64,000 nucleotides of DNA from a virus, in the IMG/VR virus record IMGVR_UViG_3300029338_000356, positions 42,633 to 106,632 of that record; one strand, written 5' to 3'. Position 1 is the stretch's first letter; each line of letters begins with the position of its first letter. The notes beneath the pieces are model-generated. The model saw nothing but the letters and a program-made list of their open reading frames with translations. It had not been told where the DNA came from and made no database searches. The translations under genes were made by a program, and so were the position numbers. Shown here in pieces: positions 41,076 through 50,056 of the stretch.

Positions 41076-42005
41076 ATGGGCGAACACGCCACACAACATG
41101 GGAGCCGCCATACGGTTCGGCGGCTCCTCGCCAGTCTCGCCATCATGAGCGCGGTCTGCGGCGGCTTCCTCACCGGTAGTGCAATAGCCGCCGAACCAGC
41201 CAAATGCAATACTGGCGTGGACAAGGTTTGCTACGCGGGCTATAATGCGGCGGGTTTGAAACAGATTGCCGACGATTTGAGCGAGAAAGGTAAGGGAAGC
41301 ACATACTATGCCGCAATGGAAGACAATCTGACCAAAGGTACGGCGGGTTTCCTCACCTTATCGGACGGTTCGAATCTCCCATTCCGACTCATCGGCATCC
41401 TCCACGACGACAATGCCGACGGAAGTGGACGGGAAGCAGGATTGACGTTCATGGCTTGGAACGCGTTACCGAAAGCGTATGCCATGAACAATAGTTACAC
41501 CAATAGGGGCGGCTGGCGTGACAGTCTTCTTCGCAATCAGATGAACAATGGTGAAATCTGGAACCAATTCCCCACGGACTTCCAAAACAATGTCACACCC
41601 GTGTTGAAACAAACCAACAACATGGCCTACGGAAGCGCAAGCGGTTCAAGCGCGTCAGCCACAGCGGACAAAGTATGGCTCGTCTCCTACCGTGAACTCG
41701 TGTCCACTATGCATGACGGTTGGAAGACCTACGGTGGTTTTCAAGCGTGGAGTCAGGAGGGAAGTCAATACGAGTACTTCAGCGGCAAGGTGACGAACAA
41801 CTATTCGGGTAATGGCATTCTCTCCGGCATTTACAAAACCGTTTCCGGTTCCACTCCTCTTGGTGCTGGCATCAACCGTTGGTGGGAGCGTTCGCCCTAC
41901 CCGGACTACGGCAACTATTTCCTCCAAGTGAACTCGAACGGCGACCCCAGCTACGACAGCTATGCTAACTATCGCTACTCCGTTGTCCCCGCTTTCTCCT
42001 TCTAA
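41076..42005 (+). CDS. DGR target protein (secreted; C-terminal variable region)
   Basis: signal peptide RRLLASLAIMSAVCGGFLTGSAIAAEPA; last ~55 codons match the downstream TR except at TR adenines; start at internal Met of ORF 40947..42005. Confidence 0.75.
   Translation: MGEHATQHGSRHTVRRLLASLAIMSAVCGGFLTGSAIAAEPAKCNTGVDKVCYAGYNAAGLKQIADDLSEKGKGSTYYAAMEDNLTKGTAGFLTLSDGSNLPFRLIGILHDDNADGSGREAGLTFMAWNALPKAYAMNNSYTNRGGWRDSLLRNQMNNGEIWNQFPTDFQNNVTPVLKQTNNMAYGSASGSSASATADKVWLVSYRELVSTMHDGWKTYGGFQAWSQEGSQYEYFSGKVTNNYSGNGILSGIYKTVSGSTPLGAGINRWWERSPYPDYGNYFLQVNSNGDPSYDSYANYRYSVVPAFSF
41838..42002 (+). repeat. DGR variable repeat (VR)
   Basis: 165-bp alignment to TR (offset 798 bp); ~17 mismatches all at TR adenines, concentrated in AAC codons (VR GGC/ATC/CGT/TAC/GAC/TAT/AGC vs TR AAC/AAT). 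Confidence 0.85.
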
Positions 42006-42017
42006 TCCCCAATCCTT

Positions 42018-42044
42018 GGGTGGTGGGGTTCATCCCCACCACCC
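42018..42044 (+). other. GC-rich hairpin immediately 3' of VR (DGR homing-enhancing stem-loop candidate)
   Basis: GGGTGGTGGGG-ttcat-CCCCACCACCC perfect 11-bp stem ~13 nt after the target stop codon. Confidence 0.6.
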
Positions 42045-42077
42045 CTCCAAACTCAAATCTCACACAAAAGGAGTCCT

Positions 42078-42593
42078 ATGACGGTTCCCGCAAGCAAACG
42101 TACAAAAGCCAGAAGCGAATATGCGAATCAGGCCAGAATCGTGCTCTTGGCTACCAGAAATCTGTTCCGCAAGTGGCCTAAAAGCCGTAACTGTATTGAA
42201 ACCGTGCATGTCATGCATATCGCCTATGAAATGTACTCTTCCGCCTACAGTGCCGACATCATTTATGCGAACACAATCGAGGAACATGAGATGAAACTGC
42301 AACTGTTGTGCAAGGCCCAAGGCATGTTGAACTCACTCTCCGGTCTTGTGGACGATTGGATGGAGTTTCCTCCACGGGAAAAAGACTTGGAAGTCTACAG
42401 GAAATATCCGGAAGGCGACCCCAGATACAATCCCGTCGTCAAGGAGAAGAAATTCGTGAACTATGCGGGAACCATCTACAAGGCGATGGGCGTGTTCACC
42501 GGAGCCGTCAAGTATGAGCGAGACCAGTTGAAGAAAGCTAAAAACGCCGAGTCGAAAACGAACACTATAATGGATACTCGGGCGCAAGCCTAA
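42078..42593 (+). CDS. avd: accessory variability determinant (Avd)-like small helical protein
   Basis: 171-aa basic ORF between target gene and TR, the canonical Avd position; predicted all-helical. Confidence 0.55.
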   Translation: MTVPASKRTKARSEYANQARIVLLATRNLFRKWPKSRNCIETVHVMHIAYEMYSSAYSADIIYANTIEEHEMKLQLLCKAQGMLNSLSGLVDDWMEFPPREKDLEVYRKYPEGDPRYNPVVKEKKFVNYAGTIYKAMGVFTGAVKYERDQLKKAKNAESKTNTIMDTRAQA

Positions 42594-42635
42594 AATATAA
42601 TTGAACAAAATCGGCCATATCCAAACTATGGTGAC

Positions 42636-42800
42636 ACCGTTTCCGGTTCCACTCCTCTTGGTGCTAACAACAACAATTGGTGGGAGCGTTCGCCCAACCC
42701 GAACAACAACAACAATTTCCTCCAAGTGAACTCGAACGGCGACCCCAGCTACAACAACAATGCTAACAATCGCTACTCCGTTGTCCCCGATTCCTCTTAC
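42636..42800 (+). repeat. DGR template repeat (TR)
   Basis: non-coding copy of VR, adenine-rich (12 AAC/AAT codon-equivalents); lies between avd and RT. Confidence 0.85.
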
Positions 42801-42984
42801 CAAAAACTAACATCAGATAGGCCAGTAGTCCAATGGGTGAAAGCCTCCCGAAGGGGAAGGGGATATGGTCGAATGCGCGGCCCCTCGAAAAATGGGTTGC
42901 GTGTGAAAATAGGTTGAGGGAGATATTAAGACTGTCGGAAACGACGGATACTCGCCCCTTAAGCTGGGCGTCCAACATCATTGC

Positions 42985-44214
42985 ATGTCTTGGGTTGTTG
43001 CCGACGACCTGCCCTCAACCATTCTTTTCTCTTTCCCTAGTGAAGGAAGCATTAAAATCGTGAATGCGAGTCAAAGACGTAGAAGACGCCAACGCAGACT
43101 GCAACAACGCTCGGATGATAAGTACAGGAAGCTCCACCGTTACATCGACTTCCAACAAACATTCGGATTCGACGCGCTCTACCAAGCCGCAAGAAAATGC
43201 AAACGCGGCGTCACGTGGAAAAACACAGTGTTGAACTTCGACAATAGGCGTGCCGTCAACTGTTGGAAACTCGCCCAAGAATTAGAGGACGGCACATACA
43301 AGAAGAGAGCGCCAATCCGATTCGACATTTCCGAACGTGGCAAGCTTCGCCATATCAGCGCGGTCTCATTCCGAGACCGGGTGGTGCAACGCGCTCTGTG
43401 CGATAACAGTCTTGTACCCATCGTGGAAAGCCAACTGATATATGATAATGCGGCGAGCCTTCCGAAACGTGGAACATCGTTCGCCCGAAAACGGTTTGAA
43501 CTACACTATAAGCGGGCTTTGGGTAAATGGGAGCATCCGTATGCTGTCATATTCGACTGTTCCAACTATTTCGGCAGTATCAGCTCCCAACGCGCGTTCG
43601 ATATGATTTCCACCCTGTACCGGAGTATCGCCCGCACCGGACGGGAGAAGCAGGATGTGGAACGGATTCTAACCGTATTGAGAATCTTCGTATTGGACGA
43701 ACCCCACTTAGGGTTAGGTAATCAGACGAGCCAAACCATAGCTATCTGGTATCTGAACAAGGTTGACCACTGGTGCATGTCGCAAGGATTCTACGGACGG
43801 TACATGGACGATGCCTACTGTTTCTGCAAGAATCGTGAACAGGCCGAACGTGTGCTGGCCGGTTATGAGCGGCGTGTCAATCAATTGGGATTGCGGTTGA
43901 ACAAGCATAAGACCCGCATAGTGGACTGTCATACCGGTCAACTCACATTCCTGAAACGCGTATACAGTGTACAGGATGACGGCAGTATTCTTATCCGCAT
44001 GCACCATAAGGCGTTGCGTGCAAGCCGACGGCATGCGCGTAACCTTATCCGCTCATATGATGGCGTGCATGTGGGATTGCGGACAGTTCAGGATTCTTGG
44101 ACGAGCCATGAGAGCACACTGTCGGGTCTAACTCACCGTCGTGGACTGTACGCTCGGGAGAAAGCGTGGTATCGGAGGCATTGTGAAATGCGGAAGCTGG
44201 CTTTTCACCCGTGA
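42985..44214 (+). CDS. DGR reverse transcriptase
   Basis: RT motifs incl. YMDDAY (YxDD) and the DGR-specific LGLGNQTSQ (I/LGxxxSQ); N-terminal LYQAARKCKRGVTWK typical of DGR RTs; true start may be GTG ~43060. Confidence 0.9.
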   Translation: MSWVVADDLPSTILFSFPSEGSIKIVNASQRRRRRQRRLQQRSDDKYRKLHRYIDFQQTFGFDALYQAARKCKRGVTWKNTVLNFDNRRAVNCWKLAQELEDGTYKKRAPIRFDISERGKLRHISAVSFRDRVVQRALCDNSLVPIVESQLIYDNAASLPKRGTSFARKRFELHYKRALGKWEHPYAVIFDCSNYFGSISSQRAFDMISTLYRSIARTGREKQDVERILTVLRIFVLDEPHLGLGNQTSQTIAIWYLNKVDHWCMSQGFYGRYMDDAYCFCKNREQAERVLAGYERRVNQLGLRLNKHKTRIVDCHTGQLTFLKRVYSVQDDGSILIRMHHKALRASRRHARNLIRSYDGVHVGLRTVQDSWTSHESTLSGLTHRRGLYAREKAWYRRHCEMRKLAFHP

Positions 44215-44538
44215 TATTCCGGACTTTCCAGATTGTGTGGTGGAGGGGCGTAATCTGCTGGAAGCTTTGGATGGGACGAGAAAAAGATTGTCCGTCCGAT
44301 TAGCAGAAATGGTGGCGCAGAATCTTCCGCTTCCTCAAGAGAGTCGTTGGATGAGATTTCGTGCGGCTTGGATTGCATCGTATTCCACATCGGCATGCTT
44401 ATCGGCTAGTTTTTCTTCCCGGCTTGGTGTTACACTGGGTTTACTTGCATTTCCTTCCTCGGGACTTCGCCCATGTGGGGCTTTAGAGGTTATCGGCGCA
44501 TTGGTTAGAGTATGCCGTTTGAGTGAAAGGAAACTGTC

Positions 44539-45150
44539 ATGGCAGGTTTTGATGATATTACGGTCACTCGCAGTGATGGCCGTTTGAAGGTTAAGGCTCC
44601 GTATAATCCGTTGTTTGCCCGTCGCTCCCGCGCGTTGGGCGGAACGTTTGATGACAAGTCGAAGACTTGGACGTTCGATATGCGTGTGGAAAGGCTGGTG
44701 TTCGAAGCTTTAGACAAATATTTCTGGTGGCATAAGGGCGTGGACGCTGAAAAGCGTGTCACAGTCACCATCGACCCCTACGACTACTTGTACGCGTACT
44801 CCAAGCAGGATAGCGACATTATCTGGTTCGCTGGTCGAATCCTAGTCGAAAAATATCAGCCCGACCGTCCACCGCGCATGATGCCGAATGTGGCTCTCGT
44901 GGATGGCATGTGGCCTAAAACCGGCTTGTATACGGGGTTGAATCTCATTCCCGACAAACTCCGATTATTGGTATGGGATGTTCCCACCAGTTTTCTGGAA
45001 CGATTGTCGTCCGGCAAGTATGAGTTGTCTGAGCCGGATGGTGATACGTTGACTGCGGTTGACGTTCGTATTCAGGCTGTGGAGGAACGGTTAGGCCGGT
45101 TGAGGGAACTCCGAACCCGACTCGCCTCTAATAGTGAGGATGGTGAATGA
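44539..45150 (+). CDS. hypothetical protein
   Basis: 203-aa ORF downstream of RT, 4-bp overlap with next ORF. Confidence 0.45.
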   Translation: MAGFDDITVTRSDGRLKVKAPYNPLFARRSRALGGTFDDKSKTWTFDMRVERLVFEALDKYFWWHKGVDAEKRVTVTIDPYDYLYAYSKQDSDIIWFAGRILVEKYQPDRPPRMMPNVALVDGMWPKTGLYTGLNLIPDKLRLLVWDVPTSFLERLSSGKYELSEPDGDTLTAVDVRIQAVEERLGRLRELRTRLASNSEDGE

Positions 45151-46154
45151 TGCTCTCCGTGCCGATTGATGGTCAAGTCCAGTCGCGTCTCATTCCGCCC
45201 ACGTTCGTGGAAGACAACATCAGCGACATGTTCAAGGCTGTGGACGCCGGACACAATATCGTCGTGACGGCAGTGGACGAGTACGGTAATCGAACCAGTA
45301 TTACCACGCCGGATAATGTGAATCATGACATGCTGGGGCGTCCTCTCGAATTCGCGTCCCATCCCGTACTGATGCGGAATGTGCGCCGTTGGATGGTTTG
45401 GCTGTTGCAAGCGCAATACTGCAAGGATTACAAGTGGGATACGAACAGGCTTGGAGGTTGGATGGAAGTGTTGGGTTTACCAGCCGACCTTGATATTCCC
45501 GTAACGGAGGAACATTTACGCGTGTTGAAGCCTGTGTTTAACAAGGATGATGCCGACCCGTATCGGCTTGTCGCACGATACGACAGGCAACATTATGCTT
45601 CATGCACCCTCGGCACTCTCATACGGTTAGCTGAACAAACCACGCCAAATTATGCCTTGAACAATCCCACCCGCTGGTGCCAAACCGACCGATACCGCAA
45701 ACTCAGCATCCAACCCAATCCAAAAGAAAACTGGGACGGAATGGACAGGGTACGCGACTGTTGGAGCGGATGCGAATGGGCATACCCCGCATTGGAACGC
45801 TACTATAATCCGATTCGACTATTACGAGACGAATACCGGCGGGGAGGACTACCTGAAACCTTCCACTATCCAATACACACGACAAGAGGAGAATACCGGT
45901 TGGCGAAAGGACAAATCAGCCCCCACGCAACAATCCTCCTCAACGGCAAGCCCGTAGGACTCATGTTCAGCGACGATTGCGAGGAACCATTCACCGACCG
46001 GATACCACCCGAATGGTGCGCCACACCCTTACCGGAAAACTATAAGACCACGCCACTCAACCGAAACATTCCCGTAAACGGCGAATTCAAACCATCGTTC
46101 CAGCAAGCCATGCTGGGATTCGTGGAATGGTATGAGAAAACGCACAAGGGATAG
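45147..46154 (+). CDS. hypothetical protein
   Basis: 335-aa ORF. Confidence 0.45.
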   Translation: MMLSVPIDGQVQSRLIPPTFVEDNISDMFKAVDAGHNIVVTAVDEYGNRTSITTPDNVNHDMLGRPLEFASHPVLMRNVRRWMVWLLQAQYCKDYKWDTNRLGGWMEVLGLPADLDIPVTEEHLRVLKPVFNKDDADPYRLVARYDRQHYASCTLGTLIRLAEQTTPNYALNNPTRWCQTDRYRKLSIQPNPKENWDGMDRVRDCWSGCEWAYPALERYYNPIRLLRDEYRRGGLPETFHYPIHTTRGEYRLAKGQISPHATILLNGKPVGLMFSDDCEEPFTDRIPPEWCATPLPENYKTTPLNRNIPVNGEFKPSFQQAMLGFVEWYEKTHKG

Positions 46155-47043
46155 CAAAAAGAAAAGCCCCTCGATTGAGGGGCTTTTTAGTAAATGTCAC
46201 CTTATGTTTTCTCGATTTATGTTGGCGAAGATGCGTGACCCGTTGCCCATTCGCTGGTCGCGCACCCTGCCACGCAAAAGCCGTCCGTCCAGCGTGACCG
46301 TCAGCTTGGACGCGGCTGGACGTTGGCACGTCAGCATACTGGTCGAAGATGCCATCCTCCAACCAGCCAAGAATGGAAACATGGTCGGCATCGACATGGG
46401 ATTGGAACACTTCGCCATCCTCAGCAATGGTGAGAAAATCGACAATCCACGCTATTTGAGACACCATTTGAAAAAACTTCGACTGGCGCAGCAGAAACTC
46501 GCCAAGAAAAAGAAAGGAAGCAACAATTATCGCAATGCCCGTTTGAAAGTGGCGAAGGCATACGCGAAGGTCAAGGATTGTCGTACCGACTTCCTGCACA
46601 AGCTCTCAACCAGAATCATCCGTGAAAACCAAACGGTAGTCATCGAGGACTTGAAGGTACGGAACATGAGCCGACGTTGCAAGCCGAAACCAGACCCGGA
46701 CAATCCGGGCCATTACCTTCACAACGGGCGGAAGGCTAAAAGCGGTCTGAACAAAAGCATTCTGGACGCAAGCTGGCGACAGTTCCGCACCATGCTTGAA
46801 TACAAGGCAGAATGGTACGGTCGCCAGCTCACGGTCATCGACCAATGGTATCCCAGCAGCCAAATCTGCCACACGTGCGGCAAAAACACCGGCATTAAGA
46901 CATTGGACGTCAGAACATGGCAATGCCCATACTGCCACACCATGCAAAACCGTGATATCAACGCCGCCGAAAACATACTATCCGCCGGACTGGCGGTACG
47001 AGCCTGCGGGGATTCACGCCTCACCGAAGCGACACTCCGGTGA
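46132..47043 (+). pseudogene. tnpB: 5'-truncated TnpB (IS200/IS605 OrfB) remnant
   Basis: retains RuvC-I GIDMGLEHFA, RuvC-II, Zn finger CHTCG...CPYCH and RDINAAENIL but lacks the ~90-aa N-terminal region present in the 4093..5292 copy. Confidence 0.7.
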
Positions 47044-47150
47044 ACAAAAGCGCGTGAATCACACCAACCTACAGGAAACTCTTCCCCGCGAGGGGAGGAA
47101 TCCCCCGACTTCAGTCAGGGGAGGAAGTCAAAATAAATATAAAGACTATA
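47040..47150 (+). ncRNA. omega-RNA / IS right-end-like structured region downstream of truncated tnpB
   Basis: CCCCGCGAGGGGAGGAATCCCCCGACTTCAGTCAGGGGAGGAAGTC with paired GGGGAGGAA/CCCC elements directly 3' of tnpB stop. Confidence 0.35.
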
Positions 47151-47260
47151 ACGGTTTAAAAAGACGTGTTGAGAAAAGTCTTTTCTGCCTCATTGGGGTA
47201 TCTTGTGTCTTTTTCTTAGAAGTTTCACTCTACCGATTTGCTTTGTTGTCAAAGTATATA

Positions 47261-47283
47261 TATACTGGGATTGTTCACACAAG
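47261..47283 (+). promoter_or_regulatory. conserved promoter motif copy 1 (TATACTGGGATTGTTCACACAAG)
   Basis: extended -10-like TATACT plus conserved GTTCACACA leader, 28 bp upstream of ATG 47311. Confidence 0.55.
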
Positions 47284-47310
47284 AAATAAGCGTAACAAGG
47301 AGAGTCAAAA

Positions 47311-47625
47311 ATGAACAAGCCCGCATACTTCAAGCAGTTCGGCGCAGACGACTACAACATTTTCGTAGTCAAGGACAAGTCGTATGTCATGAGTCGTTTC
47401 ACAGACGACCCCGAGGGCGTCTACTACATGCTTTTCGAGCATGTCGAGGGTCAGACCGGCGTCAGCTATTACATGTTAGACAATATTCCCGAGACTGTTT
47501 TGGATGATGTTTCCGACGGTGGATATACCGATAGGGAGTTTGCTTCGAGGATTGTCGGTCAGGATAGGTTTGTCCACAATATTCATATCCGTATGCTTCT
47601 GCGTCATTCCGCAATTGGTGCCTGA
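47311..47625 (+). CDS. small protein, family 1 (paralogue of 53811..54119)
   Basis: shared FGA.DYNIF...SYVM.R...YF.LFEH.EG..GV...M.D core. Confidence 0.5.
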   Translation: MNKPAYFKQFGADDYNIFVVKDKSYVMSRFTDDPEGVYYMLFEHVEGQTGVSYYMLDNIPETVLDDVSDGGYTDREFASRIVGQDRFVHNIHIRMLLRHSAIGA

Positions 47626-47732
47626 GTTTTTTTGGGTGGATAACGCTCTTCTTGTCTTTTGGCTGGGAGGGCGTTTTTTGTTTTCTGGGGGTTGTTTGTG
47701 TGTTTTTGGGCGTGTCGTTTTCACAGACACTA

Positions 47733-47755
47733 TATACTGGGATTGTTCACACAAA
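47733..47755 (+). promoter_or_regulatory. conserved promoter motif copy 2
   Basis: TATACTGGGATTGTTCACACAAA upstream of 47784. Confidence 0.55.
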
Positions 47756-47783
47756 AAGATAAAAGAAAACCAAGGAGCAAAAA

Positions 47784-48608
47784 ATGAGCAACATCGACAG
47801 CATCATCGAACGCATCAACAACCTCATGGCAATAGCCGAAAACGAAGCGTCCAGCGACAATGAGGCGCAAATGGCGTTCGAGCGGGCACAGAAACTCATT
47901 AACGAATATCGTATCGAAGACTGGAAACGCGACCGCACTCGTACGAACAAGCCAATCATCGAACGTGGCGTGAACGTAAGCAAAACCACCATCTACCATC
48001 AGCAAGGCTACCTTGCGGACATCATCGCCCAAGCTAACGAATGCCGCGCCTACATTCACGAAAGCCGGTGTGGCGGAAGGATTGAGGAACGTGCCGTCAT
48101 GTTCGTAGGCGAGGAGGACGATGTGAACGCCGCAGTCCTTCTCTTCCAAAGCATCGACCTATACTGCTCAGTCCACGCCCGTACTAGCTACGCGGACATG
48201 ATTGACCAGCACGCCAAAGCGTATTATGAGAACAACAAGGAATACGTCGAAACGCATTACGGACGTGAATCCTATCCGACGCTGACGGAATGCAAACAGT
48301 ACATGCGTCGTGATTATCCACGCGCCAAGTTCTACTATGGTTATCGCGGTGGATTCAACGAACGTTTGAGCGAACGTTTCGAGGAGCTTCGCAAGCAGAG
48401 CTTGGACATTCCCTCCGGTCGTGAGCTTGTGGCCAGCAAGAGCCAGCGTGTCAACGCCTATTTCGACAATCTCGAACTGAAAGCAGCTCGCGTCGCCACC
48501 GCCCGTGGTAGCAAGGCTGGGTTCGTTCGTGGTGTGAGCGACGCGAACAATGTGGGTTTAGGCTTGTCTGAAATGGGTGTTTCGTCCCACGCTTTGCTGA
48601 ATGCCTGA
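47784..48608 (+). CDS. hypothetical protein (274 aa)
   Basis: own promoter motif and downstream terminator. Confidence 0.5.
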   Translation: MSNIDSIIERINNLMAIAENEASSDNEAQMAFERAQKLINEYRIEDWKRDRTRTNKPIIERGVNVSKTTIYHQQGYLADIIAQANECRAYIHESRCGGRIEERAVMFVGEEDDVNAAVLLFQSIDLYCSVHARTSYADMIDQHAKAYYENNKEYVETHYGRESYPTLTECKQYMRRDYPRAKFYYGYRGGFNERLSERFEELRKQSLDIPSGRELVASKSQRVNAYFDNLELKAARVATARGSKAGFVRGVSDANNVGLGLSEMGVSSHALLNA

Positions 48609-48613
48609 CTTTT

Positions 48614-48656
48614 CAGCCCGCTTCCTTGCTTTGGGGAGTGGGCTGTTTTTGTTTTT
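48614..48656 (+). terminator. intrinsic terminator
   Basis: CAGCCCGCTTCCTTGCTTTGGGGAGTGGGCTG hairpin + TTTTTGTTTTT. Confidence 0.6.
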
Positions 48657-48670
48657 CACAACAAACATGG

Positions 48671-48693
48671 TATACTGGGATTGTTCACACAAA
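48671..48693 (+). promoter_or_regulatory. conserved promoter motif copy 3
   Basis: TGGTATACTGGGATTGTTCACACAAA. Confidence 0.55.
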
Positions 48694-48718
48694 AAATACC
48701 AACAAGGAGGAACAAAAA

Positions 48719-49096
48719 ATGAGGGCACGAGACGTTAGCTTCTTCAAGAAAAACGCTTGGAAGGGCACGTATTCCAGCATCCTCACCATTCCGGTTGAAG
48801 CGTTGGCCGACAAGTGTTTCAACACTTGGCTGGACATAGAGGACACGAATTTTGCGGAAGCCTCCCTACCGAACGAGAAGCTTGCCGGACGGTTCCGTGA
48901 GCTTGTCGATTCCGACGCCGAACAGGCGGAATGGGATGAATTCTATGCTTCCGTTGGCAAGGCTTTTTCCGCCATGTCGGTGGATGAACTGGCGTCCAAG
49001 TTCGTGGAGTTGAACGACCCTGCGACCATCCGTCGTGTTCTTTGGGGTTACGGGGACAAATGGTATCTCGATTCCGATTGCGAGCATGAGTTCTGA
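48719..49096 (+). CDS. small acidic protein, family 2 (paralogues 50057..50446, 61875..62258)
   Basis: shared ...W.GT.....T.PV..LAD.C.N.WLDI.D..F..A.LP...LA.RF..LV.SDA.QA.WDEFY..VG..FS..SVDELA..F.ELNDP.TI..VLW. Confidence 0.5.
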   Translation: MRARDVSFFKKNAWKGTYSSILTIPVEALADKCFNTWLDIEDTNFAEASLPNEKLAGRFRELVDSDAEQAEWDEFYASVGKAFSAMSVDELASKFVELNDPATIRRVLWGYGDKWYLDSDCEHEF

Positions 49097-49109
49097 CCGT
49101 CGGGTTTTA

Positions 49110-49146
49110 GCGCCTCTCCCTTGGGTGGGTGGGGCGCTTTTTGTTT
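49110..49146 (+). terminator. intrinsic terminator
   Basis: GCGCCTCTCCCTTGGGTGGGTGGGGCGC + TTTTTGTTT. Confidence 0.5.
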
Positions 49147-49170
49147 GGCGTGTCGTGCCCCAACATGATG

Positions 49171-49193
49171 TATACTGGAATTGTTCACACAAA
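49171..49193 (+). promoter_or_regulatory. conserved promoter motif copy 4
   Basis: TGTATACTGGAATTGTTCACACAAA. Confidence 0.55.
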
Positions 49194-49221
49194 ACATGCT
49201 TGGAAAACAAAGGGAACCAAA

Positions 49222-49710
49222 ATGATTAAGACCATCACCAGCCTCAAAATCACCACATCACACAACCTCTTCGACCGAAACGACACAATCGAATACCTCA
49301 CCATCGACTACTTGGACGAAGACGGCAACCAGAAACAAATCAAAAACCTCCCCCACGAAGAAGACGCCGGAATCTACGACGTCAAAACCGACCCTTGGGA
49401 AGACATACTCGAAGACTGGCGTCTCACAAAACCCGCCTACATCTCATCCTCGGACAAAGGCTGGGAACTGCTCGAAAACTATCTCCAACACCTCACCAGC
49501 ACCCAATCTCAAGAATTGGAGGACAGCCAGAACAAACTGTACGAAGCGGACAAGGTGGCGGATATTCTGCGCAACATCAGCCGTCTCAGCGACGTCGGCA
49601 AAGCCGCTTTCGAGGAAATGCTGAACGTTGATTCCGAAAACGTATGGGACGTGTACTCAAAACATTGGAACCGTATTACGTCGCATCGTTCAGGCAACGG
49701 GGAAGACTGA
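49222..49710 (+). CDS. hypothetical protein
   Basis: 163 aa from internal Met of ORF 49129..49710. Confidence 0.45.
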   Translation: MIKTITSLKITTSHNLFDRNDTIEYLTIDYLDEDGNQKQIKNLPHEEDAGIYDVKTDPWEDILEDWRLTKPAYISSSDKGWELLENYLQHLTSTQSQELEDSQNKLYEADKVADILRNISRLSDVGKAAFEEMLNVDSENVWDVYSKHWNRITSHRSGNGED

Positions 49711-49726
49711 GAAAAAAGGAGGAAGC

Positions 49727-49942
49727 ATGAGCGTCAAGTTCAACGGATTCGACTACATCAGCGACAACGACGGCATGGGCATTCACGTCGTCGCGGGAGC
49801 CGACGACATCTGGTTGCCGGTCGATGACCGTGAGCGTGTGAGGTTCGCACTCGCCGTGCTGGACGGGTTGGAGTCCAAAGAGCTGGATGAAGTCGCCCAT
49901 CAGTTCACCTCGGAGAGAAGACGCGGACATGGTTCGCTTTGA
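49727..49942 (+). CDS. hypothetical small protein
   Basis: 72 aa, RBS AAGGAGGAAG upstream. Confidence 0.4.
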   Translation: MSVKFNGFDYISDNDGMGIHVVAGADDIWLPVDDRERVRFALAVLDGLESKELDEVAHQFTSERRRGHGSL

Positions 49943-50003
49943 CGCCATAATGCTTTAAAAAGCGCTTGGTGGGAAGCTGGTTTGACGTTCGCGTACATTC
50001 ATA

Positions 50004-50026
50004 TATACTGGAATTGTTCACACAAA
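50004..50026 (+). promoter_or_regulatory. conserved promoter motif copy 5
   Basis: TATATACTGGAATTGTTCACACAAA. Confidence 0.55.
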
Positions 50027-50056
50027 AACAGAAAGCCATGAATAGGAGCGCAGACC

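Noticed and set aside
42726-42917. ORF (63 aa, MNSNGDPSYNNNANNRYSVV...) overlapping the template repeat
   Set aside because: It is the TR copy of the target gene's 3' end read in frame. TRs are non-coding; it has no RBS and uses a GTG start artefact.
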